DNA of 64,000 nt from an uncultured delta proteobacterium. GTDB lineage: Bacteria; Desulfobacterota; WTBG01; CAIYCZ01. Position numbers and translations under genes: made by a program. The stretch spans positions 96,001 to 160,000 of the forward strand of contig CAWDOY010000003.1 of NCBI GenBank assembly GCA_963803975.1. The letters run 5' to 3'. The notes under the pieces are model-generated. The model worked only from the letters and a program-made list of their open reading frames with translations, ran no database searches and was not told where the DNA came from. Positions 20,409-32,161 of this stretch are shown piece by piece. Within the stretch, counting starts at the first letter, position 1, and each line of letters starts with the position of its first letter.

Positions 20409-21185
20409 ATGAAGGACAACATTAAATTAGCAGTTACCGGCAAGGGCGGGGTTGGTAAAACAACCATCTCAGCATTGTTGTGCAAAGCCTTAAGCGAGAG
20501 GGGGTACACGGTGCTGGCGGTAGATGGTGATCCCAGCGCCAATCTGGCATCAGCCCTTGGCTTCCCGGAGGATATGGTCATTACCCCGCTGGTGGAAATG
20601 AAGGAGCTTATCGAGGAGAGAATCGGGGCCGCGCCCGGCAGCATGGGCGGGATGTTAAAGTTAAACCCGAAGGTGGATGATCTTCCGGAAAAACTATGGA
20701 AAGAAAAAGATGGCATAAAGCTCATGGTGATGGGAACGGTAAAGAAAGGCGGCGGCGGATGCATGTGCCCTGAGAATATCATACTGAAATCGATGATTCA
20801 GAATTTGCTTCTGCAGCGCAATGAAGCCGTGATACTGGACATGGAGGCAGGGGTGGAGCACCTGGGCAGGGCTACTGCGCAGGCAGTTGATCAGCTTATT
20901 GTTGTTGTTGAGCCGGGCAGGAGAAGTATTGATACGGCATTTAAAATCAGAGAGCTTGCGGAAGATATACGGCTCAACAAAATATCTGTTATAGTTAACA
21001 AAGTCAGGGATGATGCAGATATTGATTTCGTACAAAAAAATTGTGCAGGTCTCTCCGTGCTTGGGTACCTGCAGTTTGACCAGGGAATTGTGCGGTCTGA
21101 CATGGAGCGGGTGCCGCCCTGGGAATTGAGCCTTCAATCACTTGCAGCAATGCGGGAGATAGCCGGGAAACTAATCGGGAGCTGA
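20409..21185 (+). CDS. cooC: CooC-type nickel-insertion ATPase
   Basis: GKGGVGKTT, GGGCMCP (CxC) and DMEAGVEHLGR. Confidence 0.85.
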   Translation: MKDNIKLAVTGKGGVGKTTISALLCKALSERGYTVLAVDGDPSANLASALGFPEDMVITPLVEMKELIEERIGAAPGSMGGMLKLNPKVDDLPEKLWKEKDGIKLMVMGTVKKGGGGCMCPENIILKSMIQNLLLQRNEAVILDMEAGVEHLGRATAQAVDQLIVVVEPGRRSIDTAFKIRELAEDIRLNKISVIVNKVRDDADIDFVQKNCAGLSVLGYLQFDQGIVRSDMERVPPWELSLQSLAAMREIAGKLIGS

Positions 21186-21215
21186 ATTGCTCCTTGAGCT
21201 GAAGGATATATTACC

Positions 21216-22146
21216 GTGAAAACCGTTATTATCGGCCCGGGAGCCATGGGCTGTCTGTATGCATTTCTGCTCACCAGAGCAGGTTATGAAGCGTGGCTGC
21301 TGGATAACAGCGAAGACCGCGCTGAACGGATACGGGCTCAGGGGTTGAAGATTGAGGGGGTGAGCGGAGCGTATCAGCTGCCGTTCCCGAGAATAAGCGC
21401 TTCCCCGGACGTAATCGGTAAGGCAGACCTGCTGATTCTTTTTGTTAAAGCCTATAGCACGGCAACAGCCCTTGAAAGCGCGCGGGAGCTGGTTACTGCC
21501 AATACCATGATTCTAACGCTGCAGAACGGTATCGGCAATGTGGAATCCATACGGGACGCGTATCCACAGAATCCAATTGTTGCCGGCACTACCGCACAGG
21601 GGGCCACGCTGCTTGGCAGCGGGCACATACGGCATGCAGGCATGGGTGAGACCATCATCGGCGGAATTGATGCGAACAGCACGTTTCACGCAAAGCTGAT
21701 CAAAGATCTGTTTATGAGTGCGTATATCCCAACTGAAATGACTGAGGATGTTCACGGGAGTTTTGTGGGGAAAGCTGCTGGTCAACTGCGGCATCAATCC
21801 CCTCACGGCAATCATGAGGGTACCTAATGGGCAGCTGCCAAAAATTCCCGACCTTTGTGAAGTAATGAGCAGGGTTGTTGAGGAAGGCGCGGCCATTGCA
21901 CAAAGCGCCGGTATAACGCTGCCCTACAGTGACCCGGTGGCAAAGGTCATGGAGGTTTGTGCGGCAACAGCCGGTAACCGCTCTTCAATGCTGCAGGACA
22001 TCGAAGCAGGGAAAAAGACCGAGATTAATTATCTGAATGGTGCGCTTGTCAGATACGGTACAGAAACGGGAGTTGCAGCGCCGGTTAACAGTTTTCTTAC
22101 TCACCTGGTACAGGCATTGGAAACGGGCAGCAGTGCGGTGCACTGA
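21216..22146 (+). CDS. panE: 2-dehydropantoate 2-reductase; frameshift near 21755
   Basis: GPGAMG, VKAY, LQNG, W.KL..N.INP and SSMLQD...TEI..NG. Confidence 0.88.
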
Positions 22147-22176
22147 ACACGGTATAAACCCGTTACGCAGCGCTCA

Positions 22177-23046
22177 TTACTTGGCACTTTTCTTCAGCTC
22201 CTGCTCAACCTGCTGCGACAGAGCATCGATAGAGCGCCCTCTAAAAGCCCTGCCATTAATAAAAACTGACGGGACACCTCTAATGCCCAGTTTCTTGCCG
22301 AGGTTCAGATCTTCAGCAATGATTGTTTTCAAGGCGTTATCCTCACGCTCTTTATCAAAGGCTTCCATGTTGATGCCGGTCTGCTGCGCGTACTCTTTGA
22401 TGGTCTGATCATTTAAATTTTTAAAATTCTTGAAATAGAGGCTGCTTAGCTCACGGTATTTATTCTGTTTTGCCGCGGCAAGGGCTGCCATAGCTGCTTT
22501 TTCTGCAAACGGGTGCATGCGCAAGGGGAAATGCTTGATAACAAGACACACTTTTTGGGGATATTTATCCAGGAGTTGTTCTATCACCGGATATATTGAT
22601 GTGCAGTAGGGGCACTGGAAGTCAAGAAAGGCAACTATACGAACCGGAGCATTTTTATCGCCAATAACCGGTGACCGGCCTATCTCGATATCATAGACTG
22701 TTGAAATTTTTATAATGGAAACTTTTTTCCCGTCAGTGCTGGCAAGAAACAGCGACTCTCCATCGGGGGCAACGGACATATGGGAATAATCATCGGTTAC
22801 AGCAATCTTGTCGGTAATTTCATTGCGCTCAATTGAGTAAACATAAATACATTTATTGCCCAGTATATATGCCTTGGTTCCATCAGGGGAATTGGCAATA
22901 TCTAAGGGCTTTTCTTCAAGGTTCAGTGTTTTAATCACTTCCGTCTCAATGGCGGCATGGGCAATTCCGGCCTTAGAACATATTACACATACCATAGCAG
23001 AGACAAGAACTGCCAGGACTGAAGCACTAATTCTCATTCGTTTCAT
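22177..23046 (-). CDS. Exported DsbA/thioredoxin-fold protein with an N-terminal YVTN-like beta-propeller segment
   Basis: Signal peptide, SPDG repeats, DFQCPYC, HFPL and GVPSVFING. Confidence 0.85.
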   Translation of the reverse strand: MKRMRISASVLAVLVSAMVCVICSKAGIAHAAIETEVIKTLNLEEKPLDIANSPDGTKAYILGNKCIYVYSIERNEITDKIAVTDDYSHMSVAPDGESLFLASTDGKKVSIIKISTVYDIEIGRSPVIGDKNAPVRIVAFLDFQCPYCTSIYPVIEQLLDKYPQKVCLVIKHFPLRMHPFAEKAAMAALAAAKQNKYRELSSLYFKNFKNLNDQTIKEYAQQTGINMEAFDKEREDNALKTIIAEDLNLGKKLGIRGVPSVFINGRAFRGRSIDALSQQVEQELKKSAK

Positions 23047-23363
23047 AGAACCCCCTTTAGCACGAGTGCGTTGTATAGAGATACTGTCTTATAATTTAAT
23101 GACTCACCAGTTTGTATAATAAATTATTATTTTTTACAATAGAAATCTGAACAGGACGCGCTCTCATAATAACAGCTATATAAATTTCGGGGAAAGTCCT
23201 GAAATCTGAACGGTTGCAGACTTATTTTTATTGACATTTAAGCATGCCTTCCCTTATAAATAAATGTTTACAGTATATATTAGTTCAATGCCCATCATCA
23301 GTTACTGGCTGATCATTTTCCATAATCACGGTAAAAATTAACCACTGGAGAAGGAAAACAGGC

Positions 23364-25451
23364 ATGAAAAAATATGAATCCAAGGACATACGCAATGTTG
23401 CTCTCGTTGGCCACGGCAAATCAGGAAAAACCTCGTTAGCAGAAACCTTCCTCTATAACGGAAAAGCCACCGATCGTCTCGGCAGGGTTGATAACGGCGA
23501 CTCGGTACTGGACTTTGACCCGGAAGAAAAAGCACGACAATTGACTATTAACAGCGCTTTTCATCACGTTAACTGGAAAAAGTGCATGGTTAATATAATT
23601 GATACGCCAGGGGATGCAAACTTTATTGCAGATACACACAACAGCCTTCAAGCGGCTGATGGTTCGATACTTGTTATTGAAGCAACCTCGGGCGTTCAGG
23701 TGATAACTGAAAAGGTATGGCAATACCTGAATGAGTTTAAGTTGCCGCGCCTGATTGTGATTAATAAACTCGACAGGGAAAATTCAGATTTTTACGCGAC
23801 CCTGGATAACATCAAAAACAAACTCAAAATAAACCCGCTGGCACTGCAAATCCCTATCGGCAGGGAAGCCGATTTTAAAGGTGTTGTTGACCTGGTTAAA
23901 ATGAAAGGTTTTGTTTTTGCTGATGATGAGTCGGGAGATTTTAAAGAAAGCGAGATTCCCGATGACTGCAGGGAGCAGGCTGCTGCCCAGCGCCAGAAAA
24001 TGATTGAAGATGTTGCTGAAGCACATGAAGAACTGCTGGAAAAATTTTTAGACGGACAGGAACTCTCGCCGGAGGAAATAAGCACCGGCATCAAAAAGGG
24101 CATTTTAAATCAGACCCTCATTCCCGTACTGTGCGGATCAGCGCTGAGCAATATAGGCATTAAGACCATAATGGATGCAGTGGTAGAATATCTGCCATCT
24201 CCCCTGGATAGAGGAGCGTTAGAAGTTTTAGATCTCAAGACAAAAGAAAAAAAGAAGCTGGAGCCGAAAGAAGCCGCCCCCCTTGCTGCTTTTGTATTTA
24301 AAACCATTGCTGATCCATACGCAGGAAAGCTCACTATCTTCAGAGTTTTCGCGGGGACCCTGAATGCTGACAGCACGGTGTTCAATGCAACCAAAAAGGT
24401 TAAGGAAAAGATAGGGCAGATTCTGCTGCTGGAAGGGAAGGGGCAGAAGCCGACGGAAAGCGCTATTACCGGAGATATTGTGGCCCTGGCAAAACTCAGG
24501 GAGACAACCACCGGTGACACGTTCTGTGATGAAAAGAATGAACTGTCTTTCGATAAGATAAAATTTCCCAGCCCGGTCATTTCATATTCACTTGCTCCTA
24601 AAAGCCGCGGTGACGAAGATAAAATGAGCAATGCGCTCGCCCGGCTTATAGAAGAAGACCCTTCGCTCACCATTCAACGGGAAGAACAGACCCATGAATT
24701 TATCCTCTCCGGCATGGGGCAGATACATCTGGATGCCACGATTGAAAAATTAAAAAGAAAATTCGGCGTTGAAGTGGAAACCGACATCCCGAAAATTCCC
24801 TACAAGGAGACGATCAAAGGAAAAACCAGAATACAGGGCAAGTATAAAAAGCAGTCCGGCGGGCGGGGCCAGTATGGCGATGCCTGGCTTGAAATCGAGC
24901 CGCTGCCCCACGGTGCCGGTTTCGAATTTGCTGATAAGATAGTGGGCGGGTCCATACCAAGAAATTATATACCATCTGTTGAGAAGGGCGTTGCTGAGTC
25001 GATGCATGAGGGCGTGCTGGCAGGATATCCGGTTGTTGACATTAAAGTTTCAGTTGTTGACGGGTCCTACCATGAAGTTGATTCATCTGATATGGCTTTT
25101 AAAATAGCTGCCTCCATGGGGTTTAAGAAGGGCTTTATGGAATGCCATCCCATTCTGCTTGAGCCGGTTATGAATGTTGAAGTTACCGTTCCGGAGGAAA
25201 TGACCGGTGATATTATCGGCGACATGAACAGCAGAAGGGGACGGGTGCTTGGCATGGACCAGGGCGTGGGCGGCCAGGTGGTCAAGGCAACAGCGCCGCT
25301 GGCTGAAATGCTCCGCTATGCGTCTGACCTCACTTCGATCACCAGCGGCAGGGGAATGTTCACCATGGAATTTGATCATTACGATGAAGTTCCGGCGCAT
25401 TTGAGTGAAAAAATAATTGCTGCAGCAAAAACCGAAAAAACGGAAAAATAA
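23364..25451 (+). CDS. fusA: Elongation factor G paralog (stand-alone, EF-G2-like)
   Basis: Full five-domain EF-G with GHGKSGKTS P-loop, DTPG, NKLD and KQSGGRGQYG; not in a str operon. Confidence 0.9.
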   Translation: MKKYESKDIRNVALVGHGKSGKTSLAETFLYNGKATDRLGRVDNGDSVLDFDPEEKARQLTINSAFHHVNWKKCMVNIIDTPGDANFIADTHNSLQAADGSILVIEATSGVQVITEKVWQYLNEFKLPRLIVINKLDRENSDFYATLDNIKNKLKINPLALQIPIGREADFKGVVDLVKMKGFVFADDESGDFKESEIPDDCREQAAAQRQKMIEDVAEAHEELLEKFLDGQELSPEEISTGIKKGILNQTLIPVLCGSALSNIGIKTIMDAVVEYLPSPLDRGALEVLDLKTKEKKKLEPKEAAPLAAFVFKTIADPYAGKLTIFRVFAGTLNADSTVFNATKKVKEKIGQILLLEGKGQKPTESAITGDIVALAKLRETTTGDTFCDEKNELSFDKIKFPSPVISYSLAPKSRGDEDKMSNALARLIEEDPSLTIQREEQTHEFILSGMGQIHLDATIEKLKRKFGVEVETDIPKIPYKETIKGKTRIQGKYKKQSGGRGQYGDAWLEIEPLPHGAGFEFADKIVGGSIPRNYIPSVEKGVAESMHEGVLAGYPVVDIKVSVVDGSYHEVDSSDMAFKIAASMGFKKGFMECHPILLEPVMNVEVTVPEEMTGDIIGDMNSRRGRVLGMDQGVGGQVVKATAPLAEMLRYASDLTSITSGRGMFTMEFDHYDEVPAHLSEKIIAAAKTEKTEK

Positions 25452-25468
25452 AATTTATAGCATTCTCT

Positions 25469-25978
25469 ATGGATAACGAAAACGTTGTTGACGAATCGCA
25501 GTTTCCCAAGGAACTGATTGAGGAAAAGGAAGAACCGAAGGGGGCGCCGCCGGAGCAGAAGATATCCGAGTCACTCTATGGCAAAATCATGATGATGTCG
25601 GTAAGCGAAAAAATCAAACTGGCCACCATCGGCAACAGGGAAGCACGCAATATTTTAATAAAGGAATCCAACAGAATTGTTCTGAGCGCAGTTATTAACA
25701 GTCCGAAGATGACTGAGGATGATGCACTCATGTATGCATCAAACCGGAGCCTGTCAGACGAAGTAATCAAGCTCATAACCCTGAAAAAAGAGTTTCTGCA
25801 GAATTATAGAATTAAACTTGCCCTGGTGACTAATCCCAAAACACCTCCAACCATTTCCCTCAAACTGCTGAGCCACGTTATGGAAAAAGACCTGCGCAGT
25901 TTGTCAAAAGACAAAAACGTTAACCCGCTAATTTCGCGTCAGGCCATGCGCGTGCTATCCAAACAGGGTAAGATATAA
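25469..25978 (+). CDS. Conserved hypothetical helical protein
   Basis: Clean ORF in operon context with an EKIKLA..G..EAR..L pattern. Confidence 0.7.
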   Translation: MDNENVVDESQFPKELIEEKEEPKGAPPEQKISESLYGKIMMMSVSEKIKLATIGNREARNILIKESNRIVLSAVINSPKMTEDDALMYASNRSLSDEVIKLITLKKEFLQNYRIKLALVTNPKTPPTISLKLLSHVMEKDLRSLSKDKNVNPLISRQAMRVLSKQGKI

Positions 25979-26003
25979 AACCACGGGGATTTTTAAAGAT
26001 AGT

Positions 26004-26489
26004 ATGAAGGCAGGTATTTTAACTATCAGCGATAAAGGCGCGCGTCAGGAACGCGTCGATACCAGCGGCCCTGCCGTGGCTGCAGTGCTCGCGGAAATCG
26101 GCGCCACGATAGAAAAATATGAAATTATACCTGATGAGAAGGAAGTCATTGCGCGAAAGCTGGTCGAATACGCTGATACCCTGAGCCTTGATTTAGTGGT
26201 GACCACCGGCGGAACCGGTGTGGCGCCGCGGGATGTTACGCCGGATGCAACAAAGATGGTTATTGAAAAGGAAGTTCCCGGCATGGCGGAAGCCATGAGA
26301 ATGGAAAGCTTAAAGAAGACGCCTCATGCGGTTATATCACGGGCCCTCGCAGGAATACGGGGCAGGACGCTCATTATAAATCTCCCCGGAAGCCCCCGGG
26401 GAGCCACTGAAAATCTCCGCACAATCCTCAGCGCAATCCCCCACGCAGTATCAAAAATACAGGGGGACCCCAGCGAGTGTGCAACGTAG
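26004..26489 (+). CDS. mog: Molybdopterin adenylyltransferase (MogA/MoaB family)
   Basis: TISD, TTGGTG..RDVTP and NLPGSP. Confidence 0.9.
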   Translation: MKAGILTISDKGARQERVDTSGPAVAAVLAEIGATIEKYEIIPDEKEVIARKLVEYADTLSLDLVVTTGGTGVAPRDVTPDATKMVIEKEVPGMAEAMRMESLKKTPHAVISRALAGIRGRTLIINLPGSPRGATENLRTILSAIPHAVSKIQGDPSECAT

Positions 26490-26548
26490 CACCCCTGTTC
26501 ACAGTCTCTCTGGAAACCCTTACTGACAGCGCTTATGAAATATTGACA

Positions 26549-26576
26549 AAGGCAGGGCCATTGCTGACCCTGCCTT
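26549..26576. terminator. Hairpin between convergent genes
   Basis: AAGGCAGGG...CCCTGCCTT. Confidence 0.55.
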
Positions 26577-26598
26577 ACATTTCATTCACCTTGAAGGG

Positions 26599-27256
26599 CT
26601 ATAAAGCCTTTTTAATTCCAGGTATTAATGTTTTAATCCTCTGTTTTAGTTTTGCTTTTAACTCAGGCTTATCTTCAATCAATTTTATTAGTATTGGTGA
26701 ATACTCATAATAAAGTACAACCAACCTTTCCCCTTTCTCTGTTTTCAAAAGTATTTTATCTCTAAATTCCCTAAGTACATTTAAACATTCATCATCATCT
26801 TGCAATATTGTTTCTGCTACACAAGCAGGCCCGCCGCCACCGCCTGTAGAACACTTGCCTACATTTGCACCAGTTCCGCATACCGGATAATCAGATGGGC
26901 AGCAATACCCGTTCCCGCAGTCTATCGGATAATCAGCAGGGCATCCGCCGCCGCCACCGCCACCGTCTTTACCACACTTGCCTACATTTTCACCAGTTCC
27001 GCATACCGGATAATCAGATGGGCAGCAATACCCGTTCCCGCAGTCTATCGGATAATCAGCAGGGCATCCTGCGGCAGTTGACATTGACTGCTCGGGGATT
27101 ATGAAACCATCAATTCCACCGTCCTTTATAAACGCATTAATTAACTCTCCTGAATTATTATCTGTTGCATAAGCCGGACAATTAAAAAGAATTAAACAAC
27201 ACAACAACACCGAAGACAGACATAGTATTAATTTTAATGTGAAGACATTTTTTCAT
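26599..27256 (-). CDS. Small secreted protein with two tandem Cys-rich modules and a CFI-box-CTERM-like domain
   Basis: Signal peptide (start probably near 27256, frameshifted); 2x GCPADYPIDCGNGYCCPSDYPVCGTG.NVGKC; LREFRDKIL..G..LV.LYYEYSP. Confidence 0.75.
26851..27069. repeat. Intragenic direct repeat: 96-bp unit, 123-bp period
   Basis: 26851-26946 versus 26974-27069; I see one mismatch. Confidence 0.9.
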
Positions 27257-27748
27257 AACATATCCCCTTTCCAAAAATTGACTGTATACCACCAGAAGTG
27301 ACAAACTTTTTACTCTCTCACCTCCTTTCTGCGACGAACTACACTTTATTACATCCCCTCCGGAGAGTCAAGTCAAGTTTTTAGTTGAATTTTCTGACCT
27401 GCTATGTAAATAGACCCTGTATGGCTTGCCCATTTCCTGTAAATCAATGGCATCCAGTTTCTTCTCACCTCCTGTATAACGTCTCCGCATCATCATGCCC
27501 ATTTCCAATTAAAATTGCATCCAGTCTCTTCTTCCCCTGTGAAATTATCCGTACCTCCGATCTGTCAGTTCTTCACGACCATACAACTGCTCAAATACTT
27601 TTCTTGACTCTTTTCTCTTACTGGTATTTAATTTACATTAGTGGCTCCTTTATTTTTTAGGGCGTCCGTGGATTATGCCACGGGGGGCCACTACCTCAAA
27701 TTTCAAAAAAATGCAATATATCCACCCTCTTGATGAGAGGAGGCATCT

Positions 27749-29592
27749 ATGGTCAATCAACTATTAGAACTGCAGGCAACATTATTGAGGTATCTGTATA
27801 TCGCCATAAGCGTAATGTTCACAGTTATGGCTGTTCCACAGCAGGGTTATTCTCTTGAACCCCCCCGCACAGGCGAAATAGAACAGTATAAAAAAGACGG
27901 CTCATTTCCCGACCGCAAGTGGTTTGCAGAGTATCTGCAAAACAATAAATTTCATCCTGACGTAATCAAGCGGAAAATTGCACGGATGAAGTCCTCTCAG
28001 CATGGCAGCCAGATTACCACAAAAACTCTGTTCCCCTATAAAACAGGGCTTCCGGCAGAGGGTTCGCCTAAAATAGTCGTGCTGTTAGTTGACTTTCCCA
28101 ACTACCCGCATACCACTGACCCATCTGTGTTTGCAGAGAAACTATTTGGCAACGGAGACCCGAGTGCAATACCATTTGACAGCCTGAAAAATTATTATCA
28201 GCGTTCTTCGTATGGCAAGCTCAACATACAGGGAACGGTACTGGGCTGGTACCGGGCACGTCACCGGCGGGGGTTCTATAGCCTTGGATATCAAACCCGT
28301 CACAGTATAAACGGCGTTAAAAACCTCATCAAAGAAGCTTTCAATCATTATGCTGCTGAGCATGACTTTTCACAGTATGATAACAATGGAGATGGCAAAA
28401 TCGATTATTTTTGTATTATCTGGACCGGACCTGACAGGGGCTGGAGTTCAATCTGGTGGGGCTGGTGCAACAATACCGGAAGCTTGTTTGAAAATGATCC
28501 CTTTACCGTAAGCGGAAAAGGCCTTAGCGTTTTTTCCTGGCAATGGGAAAAAAATGAAGGACAAAATCAGCCTGAATATACCCCCCAGACAATCATTCAT
28601 GAAACAGGGCATGGTCTTGGGTTGCCGGACTACTATGATTATGATGAAAAAAAGGGGCCCAGCGGCGGCGTGGGCGGACTTGATATAATGGATGGCAACG
28701 ACTATGACCACAACTGCTTCAGCAAGTGGATGCTGGAATGGTTAACGCCTTCGTGCCAGATCACCAGCGGTGCATATTCCGTATCCCTAAAGCCTACTGC
28801 TATAACTAAAGAGTGTGTGGCAATAATGCCCGGGACCGGCACCATAGATCCTTTTTCAGAATTCTTCATGGTACAGAATCGCACTGCGGGAATAGAAAAT
28901 GATTTTAGATTACCCAATAGCGGTTTATTCATCTGGCATATAGATGCCCGGCTAAACCAGGACGGGACCAATTTTCAATTTGATAACAGTAACACTGAGC
29001 ACAAGCTTCTTCGGCTCATGGAAGCTGACGGCAGAGAACACCTGGAAACTTTAGGCAGGGTAAAAGAGGCATATTTTGATCCGCTTGATTTTTATGTGCA
29101 GGGCACAGAACTCACGCCAAATTCAACGCCAAACAGCAGGGATTATGCGGGAAACGACACGGGCATTATAGTGAGGAACATCGTGGCAGACCCGGCTACT
29201 CAAACAATGATGGCGGATTGTGCCATCGGTGAATATTCCTCTACCCAAACGACGATTCCAGACAACCCAACAACATCAATTCCCGGAAACATATCTACAA
29301 CAACCATCATCCCGGGACAAACCACTTCAACAATAATTCCAGGAGACACAACAACCACTATTCCTGGCGGCGAGACGACAACAACAATTCCAGATTTCAT
29401 AACAACAACTACTGCAATTGATGTATTCACAACAACAATACCAGGGGGGGTAACTACAACAATAATATCATCAAATTGTCCTCCAGAGTATCCTATAGAC
29501 TGTTATAACGGCTATTGCTGCCCTGCGGATTATCCATACTGCGGTATGGGCTTTATATGGGCTTTTGCTTTACAGAACCGCCTGCTCAATGA
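27749..29592 (+). CDS. Secreted M6-family (immune inhibitor A-like) metalloprotease with Thr-rich linker and terminal Cys-rich module
   Basis: LLVDFP, YY...SYG and HETGHGLGLPDYYD; a probable 1-nt deletion near 29553 gives ...CGMG.YMGFCFTEPPAQ* ending at 29592. Confidence 0.85.
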
Positions 29593-29639
29593 TTATTTAA
29601 ACTCGCAGCAAGAGCTTTTATTCAAAACAAGGAGGGTAT

Positions 29640-31693
29640 ATGCAAAGAATAAGAACGTATATTTTACCAATTATTAGTCTTAGTTTATTTTTCCTTAATG
29701 GATTATTAAACACTGCACATGGTGCTAACGGAATAAAAATATTTGCAAACGAGCAAAGCAGACAAAATATTCTACACCCATGCCTACCAGAAAGACGGCG
29801 CTTGGTTTTCAAACCTCTACGCCATGAATCCTGATGGGACAGAACCAACGCAGGTCACCGATTTTTATCCTGCCAATGCATCAGAAGCAAGCATTTCAAC
29901 TGATGGGCAAATATCTTATATTTCACGTCAAATTATCAATCTTATAGAAGCTACAATTATGAAGACATTTTCCGGCTTGAATTCAACGGTCTTAAGCTGA
30001 CCAGAATTACCGGCATGGAATATGTCTCTGCAAAAAAAACCGGTTCAGTTGCACAAAAAATAACTGATGACACAGACAGAAGAAATTTCACCAGAGCAGC
30101 TATGTAGCATCATTTCAGGGATCGACGACGTATTATAATGTGCAAAAACTGATTGATACGACAGGCACACTTGATGGCGTCCCTGCCACTAAGGTCTGGG
30201 TTAAGGTACTTAAGGATAAATTCATAGGATCGGTTGGTTTTGTTGATGTGCCCGCGGGTAAAACAGCTGTTATCAATATGAAACTGAGCGATGGTAATTA
30301 TCTGGCATACAGCCCCAGCTGTTCACAAGGATGGATCAAAATTTGCCGGCATTTATGCACATGCTTTTTATGATTGGACTATGATATTCAGAGACCTCAG
30401 TCCTAATATCGTACAGACCAATCTGACCACCTGGGATACCAGCGGCAAGATGATTGACCAGCAGCAGAACAGCGAGACGGGAGATGCCTATCCGCAGTAC
30501 TCTCCGGATGGCAGCAAAATTGCCTATACCCGGGGTGGCGGAGGGAAGGAGTCGGTGGTTGTTGTTCCCAGTAATAGTCTCAATGCTGTCCCTACCGTTG
30601 TTGCAGAAGGAGGATTTGACACAGCAACGGTTAAAAGCTTTGGGTACTCTAATCCAGCCTGGTCATTGGATGGCACAAAAATAGTTTGTACCTATACGGT
30701 TTCCTCATCCGCTTCGATAAATGGTAATTTAGTATTACTCAATAGCGATGGAACCGGAAATAAAATTCAACTCACCAATGTTCCTAAGAATGCTATACCG
30801 GTGCAGCCTGCTTTCAGCCCTGACGGCGAATGGGTTGCCTACGCACTGGTTACTTCAAAGGGTTCAATATTACGTGATACTGATCTTATGACCCATAACT
30901 TTACTGCCAATATATTCAAGCAGTCCATATCCGGAGGAGAGCCCGTACAGCTTACTACTGACGATGCTGCCGGTGAGCCAAACTGGGGAACTATAGGCCA
31001 GGTTACACCACCTGGTGACAACAACGACAACAGTGCCGGGGAGGAGATGAATGCCCGGAAGACTGGCCAATACCCTGCGGTGGCGGTGATGGAGACTGCT
31101 GCTCCCCTGACTACCCCAGCTGCTGTTCCAAACAGAACCCCGTATTGAAAAAAATGTGCTGCCCGGCTGATTTTCCCTATTGCGGCCGCCTGGGCAGGAA
31201 ATGCTATAAGGATCCTCCCGGGATCTGCGCCTTGACAGTTGTAGCTAAGGGAGATCCTGATGTACTGAAAACACTATACCGGTTGCGGGATACTATTTTG
31301 CGTCATACTGATAAGGGCAAGCAATATAAGGCTCTTTATTACAAACATTCTCCCGAGTTTATTAAAATCCTCAATGAAGATGCTGCACTGATGGAGCAGG
31401 CAGAAAATGTTCTCTACTGGATGCTGCCAGGCATTGAATCATTTACTGCAAGCCGTAAAATCACTATGACGCAAGATATGCTCCAGGAGATGCTCAGGCT
31501 CTGTGAAAGCATCAGCAAAAAAGCCAGCCCTGATTTAAAGCAAACAATAACACTAATAGAAAAAGACCTCAGGCAGGGACAGCTCTTTGATGACCTGGTC
31601 AAATTTGATCCTGCTGTGCTTCTGCAAAAGCAGCCTGAAAGCGTAGAGCCAAAATCCCGTTTCTTGAAGACTTTTACAAGCGCTTCACCTTAA
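29640..31693 (+). CDS. Secreted TolB-like (PD40 repeat) protein with Cys-rich module and CFI-box-CTERM-like tail (several frameshifts)
   Basis: Signal peptide; P.YSPDG, PAWSLDG and PAFSPDG repeats; ECPEDWPIPC..DCC..CC...CCPADFPYCG; LRDTIL..G..Y..LYYKHSP. Confidence 0.7.
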
Positions 31694-32154
31694 AGAGAGC
31701 GTTGTAATAAGACACTCAACCGTTGCATCATATTGTGATGATGTGTTCCTTTCCAGTAAATCTTTCTGCAGCAGGGACATTGCGAAAAATCGTTTATTGT
31801 ACTGAATACATAATCAGGGACATTTTCCGCAACCAAAGCTTTTTCAATTGCTGCGAGCAATTCGTTACATAAAAGGCAGCGGGTGAAAAAACGGGAGCTG
31901 TCAGCCTGCAGGCTGAAATGACTGATGACATCCTGTAATTGCTCGTACGGATAATTGCTTTGAATGAAGTAGCTTGATGCCTGCTGCTCTGAAAGCAGTT
32001 GGCCGGTTCTGCGCGTCAACACTGTGCGCTGTTCTGCTGCAGCTGCCGCGATAATCTGTGACAGGGAGAGGGAACTCGAGTAGCTGGCATCCATCCCCAC
32101 TATGCGCAAATATTTTGCCAGTTTGCCCAGCATGATATCACAGATAAATTTCAT
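31690..32154 (-). CDS. Mut7-C RNase domain protein
   Basis: KFICDIMLGKLAKYLR, RC..CN and CP.C.KIYWKGTH. Confidence 0.88.
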   Translation of the reverse strand: MKFICDIMLGKLAKYLRIVGMDASYSSSLSLSQIIAAAAAEQRTVLTRRTGQLLSEQQASSYFIQSNYPYEQLQDVISHFSLQADSSRFFTRCLLCNELLAAIEKALVAENVPDYVFSTINDFSQCPCCRKIYWKGTHHHNMMQRLSVLLQRSL

Positions 32155-32161
32155 ACAGAAA

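Noticed and set aside
26851..27069. CRISPR-like repeat
   Set aside because: There are only two long copies, they are in-frame within a CDS, and there are no cas genes. No CRISPR array was seen anywhere in the window.
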